Virus record (IMG/VR): IMGVR_UViG_3300030450_001823
Span: 1 to 64,000 of that record
Source: a virus
DNA: 64,000 nucleotides
Direction: 5' to 3' (one strand)
Below are positions 63,671 through 64,000 of this stretch, in pieces (position 1 is the stretch's first letter; each line of letters starts with the position of its first letter). A program made the position numbers and the translations under genes. The notes under the pieces were generated by a model, which did no database searches, was not told the DNA's origin, and was given only the letters and a program-made list of their open reading frames with translations.

Positions 63671-64000
63671 TTAACCACTCCTACTAAATCCGCTACTACT
63701 AAGCGGTCCACCGATTTTAGAACGAAGTTCTTTAGTTACCATAGCGCTAATTTCCTTGGCTAATGCTCGCTTATCTGTTCTGTCAGTTATTCCGCTGACA
63801 TCTATCTTTAGATTAACTGTAACATTATTTTGCTCTTCTTGTGCGCCCGCCTTAGTTGGTAATCGTCTTTCTGCACTAGGTGCCTGTGGCGCTTGCCGAG
63901 CAGTCATAGTTTTTTCAAGACCTTCTTGGACTCCTTTGATAGATTCCTCCATTTGCTTGAAAGGCTCTATACCACCCATCTGTCTAAGTGATTCTCTAAG
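63671..64000 (-). CDS. C-terminus of probable tape-measure protein (truncated by window)
   Basis: Frame open to base 64000; NVTVNLKIDVSG...LAKEI C-terminal pattern; upstream of tail genes. Confidence 0.55.
   Translation of the reverse strand, partial: LRESLRQMGGIEPFKQMEESIKGVQEGLEKTMTARQAPQAPSAERRLPTKAGAQEEQNNVTVNLKIDVSGITDRTDKRALAKEISAMVTKELRSKIGGPLSSSGFSRSG

Noticed and set aside
846-63687. Numerous short opposite-strand or alternative-frame ORFs in the track
   Set aside because: They shadow longer motif-bearing genes, lack RBS coupling and have atypical composition.
1-64000. tRNA or rRNA genes
   Set aside because: No cloverleaf noticed; T-loop-like words (near 27312 and 46941) lie within CDSs. 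A tRNAscan-SE run would be needed to exclude them fully.

Overview
About 64 kb from a tailed dsDNA virus of archaea. The archaeal-type replisome (split PolB, RFC small subunit, PCNA-like clamp, fused PriS-PriL primase, MCM-like ATPase, ERCC4/XPF nuclease), a group II chaperonin and GGAGG/GGTGA ribosome-binding sites fit best with a Magrovirus-type virus of marine Poseidoniales (Marine Group II). That host assignment is inference. Layout: (1) 1-~21.5 kb, + strand, dense small early/accessory genes; (2) ~21.5-38.07 kb, + strand, replication/recombination genes ending in the chaperonin; (3) 38.07-64 kb, - strand, tail genes including a 5723-aa protein, ending in a probable tape-measure C-terminus cut by the window edge. 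Most notable signals: (a) seven copies of a 33-bp TATA-containing promoter motif heading + strand gene clusters; (b) four families of short direct repeats sitting exactly on gene junctions (RBS + stop/start) that delimit unrelated mini-genes, including an 8-gene constant-variable-constant-variable array (MIDTDKYEGH...DAPLLL.EVKRLR) with signs of module shuffling; (c) two unrelated - strand enzymes, a protein-kinase-like protein and a RelA/SpoT-type HD hydrolase, sharing an N-terminal 'x(F/M)(D/E)xAWxxLK' leader, a candidate virion-packaging tag; (d) apparently inactivated ligase-like and glycosylase-like genes; (e) small beta modules reused across tail proteins. All functional calls come from motif reading by eye; no database search was run.
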